Positions 15,936 to 25,378 of a stretch of 64,000 nucleotides of DNA are shown piece after piece; positions within the stretch are counted from its first letter, which is position 1, and every line of letters begins with the position of its first letter. Under the pieces are notes generated by a model that saw only the letters and a program-made list of their open reading frames with translations, was not told the origin of the DNA and did no database searches. A program made the translations under genes and the position numbers. Source of the DNA: an uncultured virus (IMG/VR IMGVR_UViG_3300012012_002042) (Duplodnaviria; Heunggongvirae; Uroviricota; Caudoviricetes); the IMG/VR virus record IMGVR_UViG_3300012012_002042; one strand, given 5' to 3'.

Positions 15936-18733
15936 ATAAATTGAGACTCCTACTCTGGGCATTCCTGAGCCTGGCCACGACGCACGCGGCCACCGTGCAG
16001 CCCATCACCAACGGGAAACTGACCACGACACTGGACGGTAATGGTCAGACCGCAAATAATATTGGAGCCCTCGTCGTCGCGGCAGCAAATAATGTCACGG
16101 TCGGCACCGGAGCCATTCACATTTTTCCCGGCGGCACTCCTACGCTGATCACCCAGGGCATCCGAATGGGTTCGGACGTTGCCATCTGGCGTAGTGCTTC
16201 CAATATTCTCACCGTCACCGGCAATCTGAATGTCACCGGCACTATTTCTTCCGGCGGCTCCGTCATCACCCTGACCGGAACCAACACCTGGCTGGGATCA
16301 AACTCATTCAGCGGTGCCACCACCCTCACCGGCGGCCTCACAATCAGCGGCAACAATGCGATCACCATCGATGGTCCCTCCGCAACCAGTTTCCGTTCCG
16401 CCCTCGGGCTGGTCATCGGCACAAATGTCCAGGCATACGATGCCGACCTGACAACTCTCGCCGCCCTGACCCCAGGATCCAATGTCATCGTCGGCAATGG
16501 TACCACGTGGACGGCGGCCTCAGGAGCCACAGTGGCAAATGCTGCCGGCCTTGGCACTGCGAATGCCGTCACCTTTGCGAGCGGCACATTCACCGGCGCT
16601 CTCACGACTGGAGCTGGAGTGGGCACGACGTTCACTTGCAATTCCATTGCCACATTCCCCAATGCGACCTCGTCGGGAAAATTTCTGATTGGTGGGGCTT
16701 CGCTCTACAACAACGGCGGAATTCTCACGACAAGCATCCCGATGACTGTGGGAGGGGATTTGATCGCCACCAATTTGACTCCTACGAATCCGCTCGGCGT
16801 AGCCTACGGCGGCACCGGACTGTCAGCCATGACGGGCTCGGGCTACATGCTGGTTTCCACTGGGGCCACCAGTGCTTTCAGTCAGGTGCAGATCTCCAGT
16901 TTCATGCAGGGGAAAATGAATTCCAGTTCGGCTGATTCATTTCTCGGATCCATCAGCGGAAGCGGTGTGCTCGCTGGCACCTGGGGCGGCGGCTTCACGT
17001 TGAACAACGGCAGTGTCGCCAATGCGGCACTTGCGACGGACTCTGTGGCCACTGGCAATATTCAGGCGCTCGCAGTCACCGGCGCCAAGATTGCCGGCAC
17101 CACAATTACGGCTGCCAATCTTGCATCGGACAGTGTCATCACGGCGAAAATTCTCGATGCCAATGTCACCACCGCGAAATTGGCCACGACTGGAGTTGCG
17201 GCGAATACTTACGGCAGCGCCGGGGCCATCCCAATCATCACGGTGAATGCGCAAGGCCAGATCACTGCAGTTTCCACTGCGTCACCCGGTCTGCTGCCAG
17301 GCTCGGCGGCTGGGGGTGTGTTGGCGGGCACGTATCCCAATCCGACATTTGCTGCGGGGTCTGTGGATACGGCAGCCATCGCAGCCAGTGTCACGCTCGT
17401 CACGCCGACGCTTACAAACCCTATATTCTCAGCGAACGCCGTCGGCACTGCGGATATTGCAGCGGGAGCTGTCACCACGGCGAAAATTGCGTCTGGAGTC
17501 ACACTCACCAGCCCCACGCTCACAAACCCGATATTCTCAGCGAACGCCATCGGCACGGCGGATATTGCAGCCAGCATCATACTCACCGCGCCGACGCTGA
17601 ACAATCCGGTATTTTCGGCTGGAGCAGTGGGTACGGCGGATATTGCAACGGGGGCTGTCACCGCGGCAAAGATTCTCGACGCCACCATCACCGGCGCCAA
17701 GATTGCGGCCACCACAATTACGTTCGACAATCTGGCGGTGGACAGTGTCATCTCGGCGAAGATTCTCGATGGGACAATTGTGGCCGCCGATCTGGCTACG
17801 GACAGTGTCACCTCGGCAAAAATCGCGGACGGGACAATTGTGGCCGCCGATTTGGCTACGGACAGTGTCACCTCGGCAAAAATCGCGGACGGGACAATTG
17901 TGGCAGCCGATTTGGCAGCCGCCACCATCACCGGTGCCAAGATTGCCGGCACCACAATTACAGCTGCCAATCTCGCATCGGACAGTGTCACCACCACAAA
18001 AATCGCGGACGGAAATGTCACTGGCGCCAAGATTCAAGACGGGTCAATTTTGAACGCCGATTTGGCTACGAACAGTGTCACCGCAGACAAGATTTACGAC
18101 TCCAATGTCACCACGGCGAAAATCAATACGGGGGCTGTCACCTCGGCGAAAATCGATACGGGGGCTGTCACCTCGGCGAAAATTCTCGATGCCACAATTA
18201 CGGCCGACGACTTGGCTACGAACAGTGTGACCACGGCGAAAATCAATACGGGGGCTGTCACCTCGGCGAAAATCCAAGACGGCGTCTCACTCGTCACTCC
18301 AACATTGGGAGTTGCCACTGCCACGTCCCTGAACACGGTGGCTGTGCCGACAGTATCCGGTGGAACATTTTCCGTGAACCCAATCGTCACAGCTCTGACG
18401 CCGGTCGTGAACGCCTTCACATTCACATTGCTCACTGGGTATTTCCATCAGAACGCCACAATGACGGTAGTGGCGAACAGCACAATTGTGATGGCAGGAA
18501 CGCCTGCGGCTGGAATGAGCGGGACGATCAGGGTAACATCGACGGCGAATGCAAGTGCATGGACTCTGACGTTTAGTGACGAAAACGCGAAATTGGGTCC
18601 GCAGGGTTCTGGCGTGGCGGCTAACGTGGTGACGCTCTCGACGTCACCATCGGTAACGAAGGATGATTTGATCAAGTGGTTTTATGATGGCACCTCGTAT
18701 TATTTCACGGTAAGTTTCAACTACACACACTGA
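15932..18733 (+). CDS. fibre/adhesin-like repeat protein with a signal-peptide-like N-terminus
   Basis: ATGA overlap start; MNKLRLLLWAFLSLATTHA; long 10-aa period xxSVTxAKIx repeats; Thr/Gly/Ala-rich. Confidence 0.75.
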   Translation: MNKLRLLLWAFLSLATTHAATVQPITNGKLTTTLDGNGQTANNIGALVVAAANNVTVGTGAIHIFPGGTPTLITQGIRMGSDVAIWRSASNILTVTGNLNVTGTISSGGSVITLTGTNTWLGSNSFSGATTLTGGLTISGNNAITIDGPSATSFRSALGLVIGTNVQAYDADLTTLAALTPGSNVIVGNGTTWTAASGATVANAAGLGTANAVTFASGTFTGALTTGAGVGTTFTCNSIATFPNATSSGKFLIGGASLYNNGGILTTSIPMTVGGDLIATNLTPTNPLGVAYGGTGLSAMTGSGYMLVSTGATSAFSQVQISSFMQGKMNSSSADSFLGSISGSGVLAGTWGGGFTLNNGSVANAALATDSVATGNIQALAVTGAKIAGTTITAANLASDSVITAKILDANVTTAKLATTGVAANTYGSAGAIPIITVNAQGQITAVSTASPGLLPGSAAGGVLAGTYPNPTFAAGSVDTAAIAASVTLVTPTLTNPIFSANAVGTADIAAGAVTTAKIASGVTLTSPTLTNPIFSANAIGTADIAASIILTAPTLNNPVFSAGAVGTADIATGAVTAAKILDATITGAKIAATTITFDNLAVDSVISAKILDGTIVAADLATDSVTSAKIADGTIVAADLATDSVTSAKIADGTIVAADLAAATITGAKIAGTTITAANLASDSVTTTKIADGNVTGAKIQDGSILNADLATNSVTADKIYDSNVTTAKINTGAVTSAKIDTGAVTSAKILDATITADDLATNSVTTAKINTGAVTSAKIQDGVSLVTPTLGVATATSLNTVAVPTVSGGTFSVNPIVTALTPVVNAFTFTLLTGYFHQNATMTVVANSTIVMAGTPAAGMSGTIRVTSTANASAWTLTFSDENAKLGPQGSGVAANVVTLSTSPSVTKDDLIKWFYDGTSYYFTVSFNYTH
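17000..18290 (+). repeat. 10/20-aa periodic coding repeats, including near-perfect 60-nt units at about 17771-17915
   Basis: DGTIVAADLATDSVTSAKIA and TGAVTSAKI units. Confidence 0.85.
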
Positions 18734-21612
18734 TGGGCACAAAACACATCGACAACCTGAACGCTGAGGATTCTCTGATCCTCAACAAAGTCGCACCCTC
18801 GGGTGCTTCGATCCCGAATGCGGTTGTGGATGAAGTGCGTTTATTCGTCGGTACCGATTTGGCTATTTATTCCCGAGATGAGGACGGGGTGGTGACAGCT
18901 TCGGACCACGTCTCACGAACTGCCGCGGCAGCTGCACAAGCAACAGCCGACGACGCGACAACCGCGTTGGGAGACAAGCTCGATGCCAGCGCCCTCGACA
19001 CCGATGGCACGATGGCGGCAAACAGCGATACCAGGGTCGCCAGTCAAAAAGCCACCCGCACCTACGTCGCAAGCGTCCTGGCCGGCGTCGCGAAAAACAA
19101 AGGACCACTGGATTGCAGCGCCAACCCGAATTACCCGGCCGCACTGAACGGAGATTATTACCGCTGTTCGGTCGCGGGCAAGGTCGGCGGCGCATCCGGC
19201 GTCGTCGTGGAGGTCGCGGATCTCATCATGTGCGTCGGAGACAACGCAGGTGGCACGCAGGCATCGGTGGGCACGAGCTGGATCGTCGGCCAGGCCAACA
19301 TCACCGGCATCACGGCTGCCGGGCTTGCGATGCTCCAGGCGGCGGATGCGACGGCGCAGGCAGCGTTGCTGGCCGCTGTCACGGAGACACTCACGAACAA
19401 GCGCATCACTCCGCGCATCGGCTCCGCGACTTCCTCGACCACGCCGACGATCAACACCGACAACGTGGATCGCTACGACCTCACGGCGCAGGCGGCGGAC
19501 ATTACATCCTTCACCAGCAATCTCAGCGGCACGCCGACGAACGGGCAGGCACTTTGGATTTCCGTCAAGGGCACGGCGGCACGGGCCATCACATGGGGCG
19601 CATCCTTCGAGAATGGTGCAGCCGCCCTGCCGACCACGACCGTCTCGACCGACCGGCTCGACGTGCTGTTCGTCTGGAACGCAGTCACGTCCAAATGGCG
19701 CTGCGTGCTCACGACTGCGAGCAGCGGCGGCGGCGGCGGCGACGCCACCAAGCTCCCTCTCGCGGGCGGCACGATGGATGAGGATGCAATCGTCAATCTG
19801 TTCAACGGCTCCAAGTGGCAGCAGAGCACGCAGGACATGGGCATTGCCGGAGACGCAGGATTCTCAATCATTTGCTCTGCGGGCTACGAGTACAAGTTTG
19901 CCCTCGGCTTCCTGTTCGTCCTCTCGGACAATAGCACGACGGTTCGCAAAGTCCTCTACGCCCCGGCAACCCCAACCGTCACCGACGACACCACGCTCGG
20001 CTACACCACGGACACGACGTGGGAAATGGCGGATGGAACCAGGTATGAATGCACGGACGTGACCGAAGGTGCGGCAGTGTGGGCGGTAGTGCCGACCGTT
20101 TCCTTCGCCACGACCGCCACGGCAGCGGGCACCACCACGCTCACTGTGACGAGTGCGACATTCCAAGAGTTCACGGGATCGACGACGCAAACGCTCGTCA
20201 TGCCCGACGTGACGACCCTTGTGCTCGGTTGGGAAGTCACCATTCACAATCTGAGCACGGGCTTTGTGACGGTGCAGGCGAATGATGCCTCTGAGATCAT
20301 TCAACTCGGCCTCAATCAGCGCATCACGATCTCCACCAACTCCATCGTCACCAACACCTCTGCGTCGTGGTCGGTGGATAGCTTTAACCTCATCAGTGGT
20401 AGCGGTAACTCATCTTCCGGCAGCTACTGCCAGATCAGCGGCTACGGCAACTCCGGCAACACCGGCAGCTACTGCCAGATCAGCGGCCGCAACAACTACA
20501 GCAACACCGGCAGCCGCTGCTCGATCAGCGGCTACGGCAACTCCGGCAACTCCGGCTCTTACTGCCAGATCAGCGGCCACGGCAACTCCAGCAACTCCGG
20601 CAACTCCTGCCAGATCAGCGGCTACGCCAACACCGGCAACACCGGCAGCTGGTGCCAGATCAGCGGCTACGGCAACAACAGCAACAGCGGCCGCTATTGC
20701 CAGATCAGCGGCATCAGCAACTACAGCAACTCCGGCAACTCCTGCCAGATCAGCGGCCAGAACAACTACAGCAACTCCGGCACCCACTGCCAGATCAGCG
20801 GCCAGAACAACTACAGCAACTCCGGCACCCACTCCCATATCAGCGGCTACGCCAACTCCGGCAACACCGGCTACTACTGCCAGATCAGCGGCTACGCCAA
20901 CTCCGGCAACACCGGCTACTACTGCCAGATCAGCGGCCAAAACAACCACAGCAACAGCGGCAGCCGCTCCCAGATCAGCGGCCAAGGCAACTACAGCAAC
21001 AGCGGCAGATACTGCCAGATCAGCGGCTACAGCAACACCGGCAACACCGGCTACTACTGCCAGATCAGCGGCTACAACAACTACAACAACTCCGGCAGCC
21101 GCTGCCAGATCAGCGGCCAAAGCAACTACAGCAACACCGGCGACTACTGCCAGATCAGCGGCTACAACGCGAACAGCAACACCCTCGACTACGCCCGTGT
21201 CCACGGCGGCGGGGAGTTTGCCCGCATCATCGACGTAGTAGCCAAAGCCTCCACGACCGACGCCACCCCGACCACGCTTACCCTTGGCGGCGCAGCGGAG
21301 GGTGCGACGAACCGCATCAACATCCCGGCTAACTCCACTTGGTCTTTCGTGGCGATAATTGTGGCGCGGGAAACCGCCACGGCCAATGCAAAGACATGGA
21401 CTCGTCGCGGTCTGATCGGCAACAACGCCGGGGCGGTGACAATCTCGGCTCTCGACACCATCGGGACGGATAACGTGCTGGGTGGTGGACTAACTGCGAC
21501 CATCGCTATTACGGCTGACAACACCAACGACGCACTCAAGATCGAAGGCACCGGAGTTGCGGCGACCAACATCAAGTGGACGGCGCAGGTCAATATCACT
21601 CAAGTCGGGTAA
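18733..21612 (+). CDS. tail fibre / receptor-binding-like protein with a Cys-containing beta-solenoid
   Basis: Mosaic of fibre modules (LDTDGTMAANSD.RVASQKA; SGTPTNGQ...ARAITW; PTVTDD..LGY) plus 15-aa repeats. Confidence 0.75.
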   Translation: MGTKHIDNLNAEDSLILNKVAPSGASIPNAVVDEVRLFVGTDLAIYSRDEDGVVTASDHVSRTAAAAAQATADDATTALGDKLDASALDTDGTMAANSDTRVASQKATRTYVASVLAGVAKNKGPLDCSANPNYPAALNGDYYRCSVAGKVGGASGVVVEVADLIMCVGDNAGGTQASVGTSWIVGQANITGITAAGLAMLQAADATAQAALLAAVTETLTNKRITPRIGSATSSTTPTINTDNVDRYDLTAQAADITSFTSNLSGTPTNGQALWISVKGTAARAITWGASFENGAAALPTTTVSTDRLDVLFVWNAVTSKWRCVLTTASSGGGGGDATKLPLAGGTMDEDAIVNLFNGSKWQQSTQDMGIAGDAGFSIICSAGYEYKFALGFLFVLSDNSTTVRKVLYAPATPTVTDDTTLGYTTDTTWEMADGTRYECTDVTEGAAVWAVVPTVSFATTATAAGTTTLTVTSATFQEFTGSTTQTLVMPDVTTLVLGWEVTIHNLSTGFVTVQANDASEIIQLGLNQRITISTNSIVTNTSASWSVDSFNLISGSGNSSSGSYCQISGYGNSGNTGSYCQISGRNNYSNTGSRCSISGYGNSGNSGSYCQISGHGNSSNSGNSCQISGYANTGNTGSWCQISGYGNNSNSGRYCQISGISNYSNSGNSCQISGQNNYSNSGTHCQISGQNNYSNSGTHSHISGYANSGNTGYYCQISGYANSGNTGYYCQISGQNNHSNSGSRSQISGQGNYSNSGRYCQISGYSNTGNTGYYCQISGYNNYNNSGSRCQISGQSNYSNTGDYCQISGYNANSNTLDYARVHGGGEFARIIDVVAKASTTDATPTTLTLGGAAEGATNRINIPANSTWSFVAIIVARETATANAKTWTRRGLIGNNAGAVTISALDTIGTDNVLGGGLTATIAITADNTNDALKIEGTGVAATNIKWTAQVNITQVG
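20419..21183 (+). repeat. 17 x 45-nt tandem coding repeat (GxxCQISGxxNxxN[ST])
   Basis: Conserved core TGCCAGATCAGCGGC every 45 nt. Confidence 0.95.
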
Positions 21613-21620
21613 ATACTCTC

Positions 21621-22451
21621 ATGAAAAAAATCCTGTTCAACTCATCAATGCCCCGCAGCGGCTCCGAATTGCTGCAAGTCCTGCTTCACCAGAACCCGGA
21701 CATCTACGGCTCCGCTACCTCACCCCTGCTGGAGTTCCTTTACGGGATGCGGGCCAACACCGGGCTGACGGAAGTGCAGTCCCAACCCCGCGACCTCATG
21801 CGGACAGCGTTTGCCCGCACCTGCAAGGCCGCTGCCGAGGGCTACTACTCCGCCATCACCGACCGCCCTATCGTGTGCGACAAGAATCGTGGCTGGGCCG
21901 CGAACTACAACTGGACGAGCACATGGGCCGACCAGCCCAAGATGATCGTCATGGTGCGCGACCTCCGGGGCATCATCGCCAGCATGGAGCGCCTCTACCG
22001 AAAGAACACCGACACCACGGAGTGCGCGGCCCTTCCGCTGCAACTCGATGCACGGGTTTTCAACTGGCTCAATTTGAACGCCCAGCCGATTGCCAACAAC
22101 CCGAACGTAGGATCGCCTCCGGTCGGCCTTGCCCTCAATCGTTTGCGCGGACTGTTCATGGACGGCACCGCCGAGAAGGTTCTTTTCGTGAAGTGCGAGG
22201 ACTTGACCAAAGCTCCAGCGGCCACGATGAGCCGCATCTACGCCTACCTCAAGCTCCCGGAGTTCGCCCACGACTTCGACAACATCAGGAAAGAAGTCGA
22301 GGAGGACACCAAGCAGTATGGGGTGTTCGGGGATCACAACGTCGTCGGCAAGATTGCCCCTCTGAAAGACTGGAATGGCGTGCTGCCCGACAAGCTCTCC
22401 GATGTCATCCGCAAGGACTTCGACTGGTATTTCTCCGCCCTCGGCTATTAA
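21621..22451 (+). CDS. sulfotransferase family protein
   Basis: MPRSGSELL (5'-PSB loop), DKNRGW, MVRDLRGIIAS (3'-PB motif), CEDLTKAP. Confidence 0.85.
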   Translation: MKKILFNSSMPRSGSELLQVLLHQNPDIYGSATSPLLEFLYGMRANTGLTEVQSQPRDLMRTAFARTCKAAAEGYYSAITDRPIVCDKNRGWAANYNWTSTWADQPKMIVMVRDLRGIIASMERLYRKNTDTTECAALPLQLDARVFNWLNLNAQPIANNPNVGSPPVGLALNRLRGLFMDGTAEKVLFVKCEDLTKAPAATMSRIYAYLKLPEFAHDFDNIRKEVEEDTKQYGVFGDHNVVGKIAPLKDWNGVLPDKLSDVIRKDFDWYFSALGY

Positions 22452-22472
22452 AATCAACCACCAACCACATAT

Positions 22473-22808
22473 ATGTCCCTACTCAATCCGATCGAAAACA
22501 CCGTTTCGCCCGCCGCTCAGAAAGCCCGCCAGCTTCGTCAGAGCACCGCGCAGATCTTCAACCAGACCCTCCACCAGTGGGAGCAGGGGATCGATCTCCT
22601 CTGGAATGATGCCGACCCGCAGGCCGTGCTCGACGCACTCGAAGCCGATGGCGGCTCCTCGGTGGAACTTTTCACGCGCTCCAGGGAGCTGGTAGCGTTC
22701 CTCGTCGCGCAGAATCCGCCGGCGCCGGAACTGGCTCTCATCAACGCGGCCATTGCGAAGGTGAAGCCGTTCACGGTGGTGGACGGGAAAATCCTGATCA
22801 CGGTTTAA
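22473..22808 (+). CDS. hypothetical protein
   Basis: 111-aa ORF with a C/A-rich leader. Confidence 0.7.
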   Translation: MSLLNPIENTVSPAAQKARQLRQSTAQIFNQTLHQWEQGIDLLWNDADPQAVLDALEADGGSSVELFTRSRELVAFLVAQNPPAPELALINAAIAKVKPFTVVDGKILITV

Positions 22809-22814
22809 TCGCCG

Positions 22815-23345
22815 ATGTTCACACCCGCCAAACTCCTGCCGTGGCCCTGGTGGCGTAGATGGCTCATGCGCCTGAAAATCGCATGGGGCTACGCCATCGG
22901 GCGCGGCTACTGGTGGTGGGATCTGGAGACCGGCGAACTCTACGGAAACACGGCGATCTGCCGGGTGTATGGGCTGCCGCCTGGAAAATACCCCACGACC
23001 TACGAGGGTTTCGACGCGATGCTGTGGGCGGACGATGACCGTGTGACGGTGCGTAGATCAATGGACAAATCGAAGGAGTTGCGCGCCGTGTTCCACGACA
23101 CGTTCTGCGCGAAGGATCAGACGACCGGCGCGATGATTTTGATCAAAACAAAGGGCTGGTGGCTCTACCGTGACGGAGAACCCGTCGCGATGCTCGGCTG
23201 GAACGAGCGAATGCCTTACTCCCGCACAAAGGAAAACGTGATCCGATTCTCGCAGAGCATGGAACGCAAGTTCGTCGAGGGTGATCGAACGGAGTGCATC
23301 GTCATGCTGAAAGCCTGCTTACCTAGACAATATGCCCGGAAATGA
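22815..23345 (+). CDS. stand-alone PAS-domain protein
   Basis: GYWWWDLETGELYGN..CRVYGL...DDR.....F...G....I...G.....DGEPVAMLG matches the PAS_3/PAC pattern. Confidence 0.7.
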   Translation: MFTPAKLLPWPWWRRWLMRLKIAWGYAIGRGYWWWDLETGELYGNTAICRVYGLPPGKYPTTYEGFDAMLWADDDRVTVRRSMDKSKELRAVFHDTFCAKDQTTGAMILIKTKGWWLYRDGEPVAMLGWNERMPYSRTKENVIRFSQSMERKFVEGDRTECIVMLKACLPRQYARK

Positions 23346-23655
23346 AGAAATCCTCCAACTCTTGCGGGAGATGCGAACGAACGCCAACGGCAAAAAAGAA
23401 ACCGTTGCGTATCTCGGCATCGCCGTCGGCATCCTCTCCGGCTTCCTGTCGTTCTGGGCCGGGAATGCGGTCACGGGAGAACGAGTCTCCCGACTGCAGC
23501 ATGACTTCATCGAAGCGAAAAGGATGCAAACCGAACTGCACGCCCGGATCGAGAGAGTCGACCGTGAAAACGATAAGGCCATCTCGGCATTGCGCACGTT
23601 GACTCAGGCGCAGCAAGAGGATCTGAAGGAGCTGCAACGTGCGGTGAAGCGGTGA
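23332..23655 (+). CDS. single-TM coiled-coil protein (lysis-associated candidate)
   Basis: TM segment VAYLGIAVGILSGFLSFWA followed by a coiled coil. Confidence 0.55.
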   Translation: MPGNEEILQLLREMRTNANGKKETVAYLGIAVGILSGFLSFWAGNAVTGERVSRLQHDFIEAKRMQTELHARIERVDRENDKAISALRTLTQAQQEDLKELQRAVKR

Positions 23656-23686
23656 AGCCCTGAGCGGCGGCAAGGCAATTCCAGGC

Positions 23687-23715
23687 TGGACATTACCCGT
23701 CCGCAAACGTAAATT
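23687..23715 (+). promoter_or_regulatory. sigma70-like promoter
   Basis: TGGACA-17 nt-TAAATT; ATG 6 nt downstream. Confidence 0.5.
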
Positions 23716-23721
23716 AAATGC

Positions 23722-24339
23722 ATGCGCAATCCCTTCGTGACCATCGACAAGGCTCTGGCTGAGCGAGGTGCTCCTAAGCGCAGCTCGCATTGGCCGACGA
23801 TTCGTCGCGCACATCTGGCCATTGAGGGCTGGTGCCGCGGGTGTGGAAGAATATCGAATTTGGAGGTTCATCATTGCGAACCGTTTCACATCAATCCATC
23901 GCGCGAATTGGATCCCACCAATTTGCTCACATTGTGTGAAGCCATCGGGCATCAATGTCATTTGAAATTGGGGCATCACGGCAATTGGCGCAAATTCAAT
24001 CCGGACGCCCGAAAACAATGCTGTGTCCCGAATCCAAGATCGGCGCCTGGTGCTCCATCGTTGACGTTCGTGGTGACTCCTCCGGTCATCCGGATACTGC
24101 TCGCGTTCATCCTCTGCCTGCTCACCGCCTGCACTGTCACGCGCTACCAGGCCGGAGACCACAAGTTCGTGAGGGCCGCGCTGGGCACCAACGTGATCGC
24201 CCAACAGTTGTTCGTCATGGTCCTCCCGAACGGCACCCGCATGCTCATGTTGGGGAGCCTCAATCAGAACCAGTCGGAGGCCTCCAAATCCATCGCGGAC
24301 GGAGTCACGACGGCGCTGACCAGATCTCTCCGGCCATGA
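23722..24339 (+). CDS. HNH endonuclease in frame with a lipoprotein-like C-terminal part
   Basis: CRGCG..LEVHH...NLLTLC...CHLKLGH, then ILLAFILCLLTAC lipobox. Confidence 0.7.
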   Translation: MRNPFVTIDKALAERGAPKRSSHWPTIRRAHLAIEGWCRGCGRISNLEVHHCEPFHINPSRELDPTNLLTLCEAIGHQCHLKLGHHGNWRKFNPDARKQCCVPNPRSAPGAPSLTFVVTPPVIRILLAFILCLLTACTVTRYQAGDHKFVRAALGTNVIAQQLFVMVLPNGTRMLMLGSLNQNQSEASKSIADGVTTALTRSLRP

Positions 24340-24725
24340 GTCCCTGCGAACTCTACAAGCCTGTGATGCAGGACAATCTCGACGGCACCTGGACCGTCAT
24401 GAAGGAGATGCGTGTCGTGGTCCCCGGATGGCCCGAGCCCTTCATTGTGCCCGAGGGATTCATCACGGACTACGCCAGCGTACCTCGGCTCCTCTGGAGT
24501 ATCTTCCCTCCGAACGGGCAGCGTTACGGGGTGGCGGCCATCGTGCATGATGTGATTTACCGCAGTCTGCAAAGGTTCTTCACTCGTAGGCAGGCAGACC
24601 ATATTCTGTTTCAGGTGATGAAGATTTACGGCACCTCCTGGTTGACCCGGTGGTGTATTTGGACAGGCGTCCGGCTCGGCGGGGCGTTGGCCTGGTCAAA
24701 GAACAAACTCGTTTTCAATCAATAA
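24336..24725 (+). CDS. DUF1353-like protein
   Basis: VPEGFITDYASVPR...AAIVHDVIY...ADHILF motif; ATGA overlap start. Confidence 0.8.
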   Translation: MSPCELYKPVMQDNLDGTWTVMKEMRVVVPGWPEPFIVPEGFITDYASVPRLLWSIFPPNGQRYGVAAIVHDVIYRSLQRFFTRRQADHILFQVMKIYGTSWLTRWCIWTGVRLGGALAWSKNKLVFNQ

Positions 24726-24737
24726 ACCCATACCCAC

Positions 24738-25145
24738 ATGAAAAACAAACTGCTCACCATCGTCCTCACTTTCATTGCCGTCGTATTCGCGGGTTGCGCA
24801 TACGTGAGCAAAAATCCAGCGGCGGCCCTGATCCTCGAAAAGACAGCCGCACGCATCGCCCTGAATCAACTGTCGCCCGCGCAGCAGGTCGAAGTGCGCA
24901 ATTACATCTCATCGACTGCCATGATCATTCGGGCCATGAATCCTGCCCACCCGCTCGATACGGCGAAACTCGAGGCACAGCTTCGGCAATGGCTCCCGAA
25001 GAAATTCCAGGCGTATTCAGATCTCATCGATCTCATCGTTGCCAGCTACTCCGGATATATCAGCTCGCCGGCCGCGAACGGGCAGACAGTTACCACTCAG
25101 AAACTCGAGGAGTTCGCAAAGGCCTTGGATGTCTTCGCGAAATAA
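24738..25145 (+). CDS. lipoprotein (spanin-like candidate)
   Basis: Signal peptide with FAGC lipobox; located in the lysis cassette. Confidence 0.65.
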   Translation: MKNKLLTIVLTFIAVVFAGCAYVSKNPAAALILEKTAARIALNQLSPAQQVEVRNYISSTAMIIRAMNPAHPLDTAKLEAQLRQWLPKKFQAYSDLIDLIVASYSGYISSPAANGQTVTTQKLEEFAKALDVFAK

Positions 25146-25151
25146 TTATTC

Positions 25152-25367
25152 ATGAACACCACGTCAAAATTCCGCGTCCTCCGCGTATTCCTCCAAGGCG
25201 CACTGCCAACCATCGCGGCCTCCACCGCCGCACCGAAAGATCTCTGGGCTGTCATCGTGCTCGTGTCCGTCTGTTTCATCAACGGCTTCCACGCCATCGC
25301 GCAATTGTTCGCCACTCCGCCTTCGAGCATCAAACCGGACGAGGCCCAAGAGCCTAATCCTCAGTAA
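25152..25367 (+). CDS. putative holin
   Basis: 71 aa with hydrophobic segments, directly upstream of the endolysin. Confidence 0.5.
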   Translation: MNTTSKFRVLRVFLQGALPTIAASTAAPKDLWAVIVLVSVCFINGFHAIAQLFATPPSSIKPDEAQEPNPQ

Positions 25368-25378
25368 AACACCGCATC

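Noticed and set aside
20419..21183. 45-nt repeats with variable NNC codons as a CRISPR array or DGR target
   Set aside because: The repeats are contiguous in-frame coding units without unique spacers; conserved adenines are not mutated; no cas gene, reverse transcriptase or template repeat is in the window
20282..21332. Alternative-frame repeat ORFs (TARSAA... and QQ..LPDQR...)
   Set aside because: By-products of the 45-nt repeat lacking stops in the other frames
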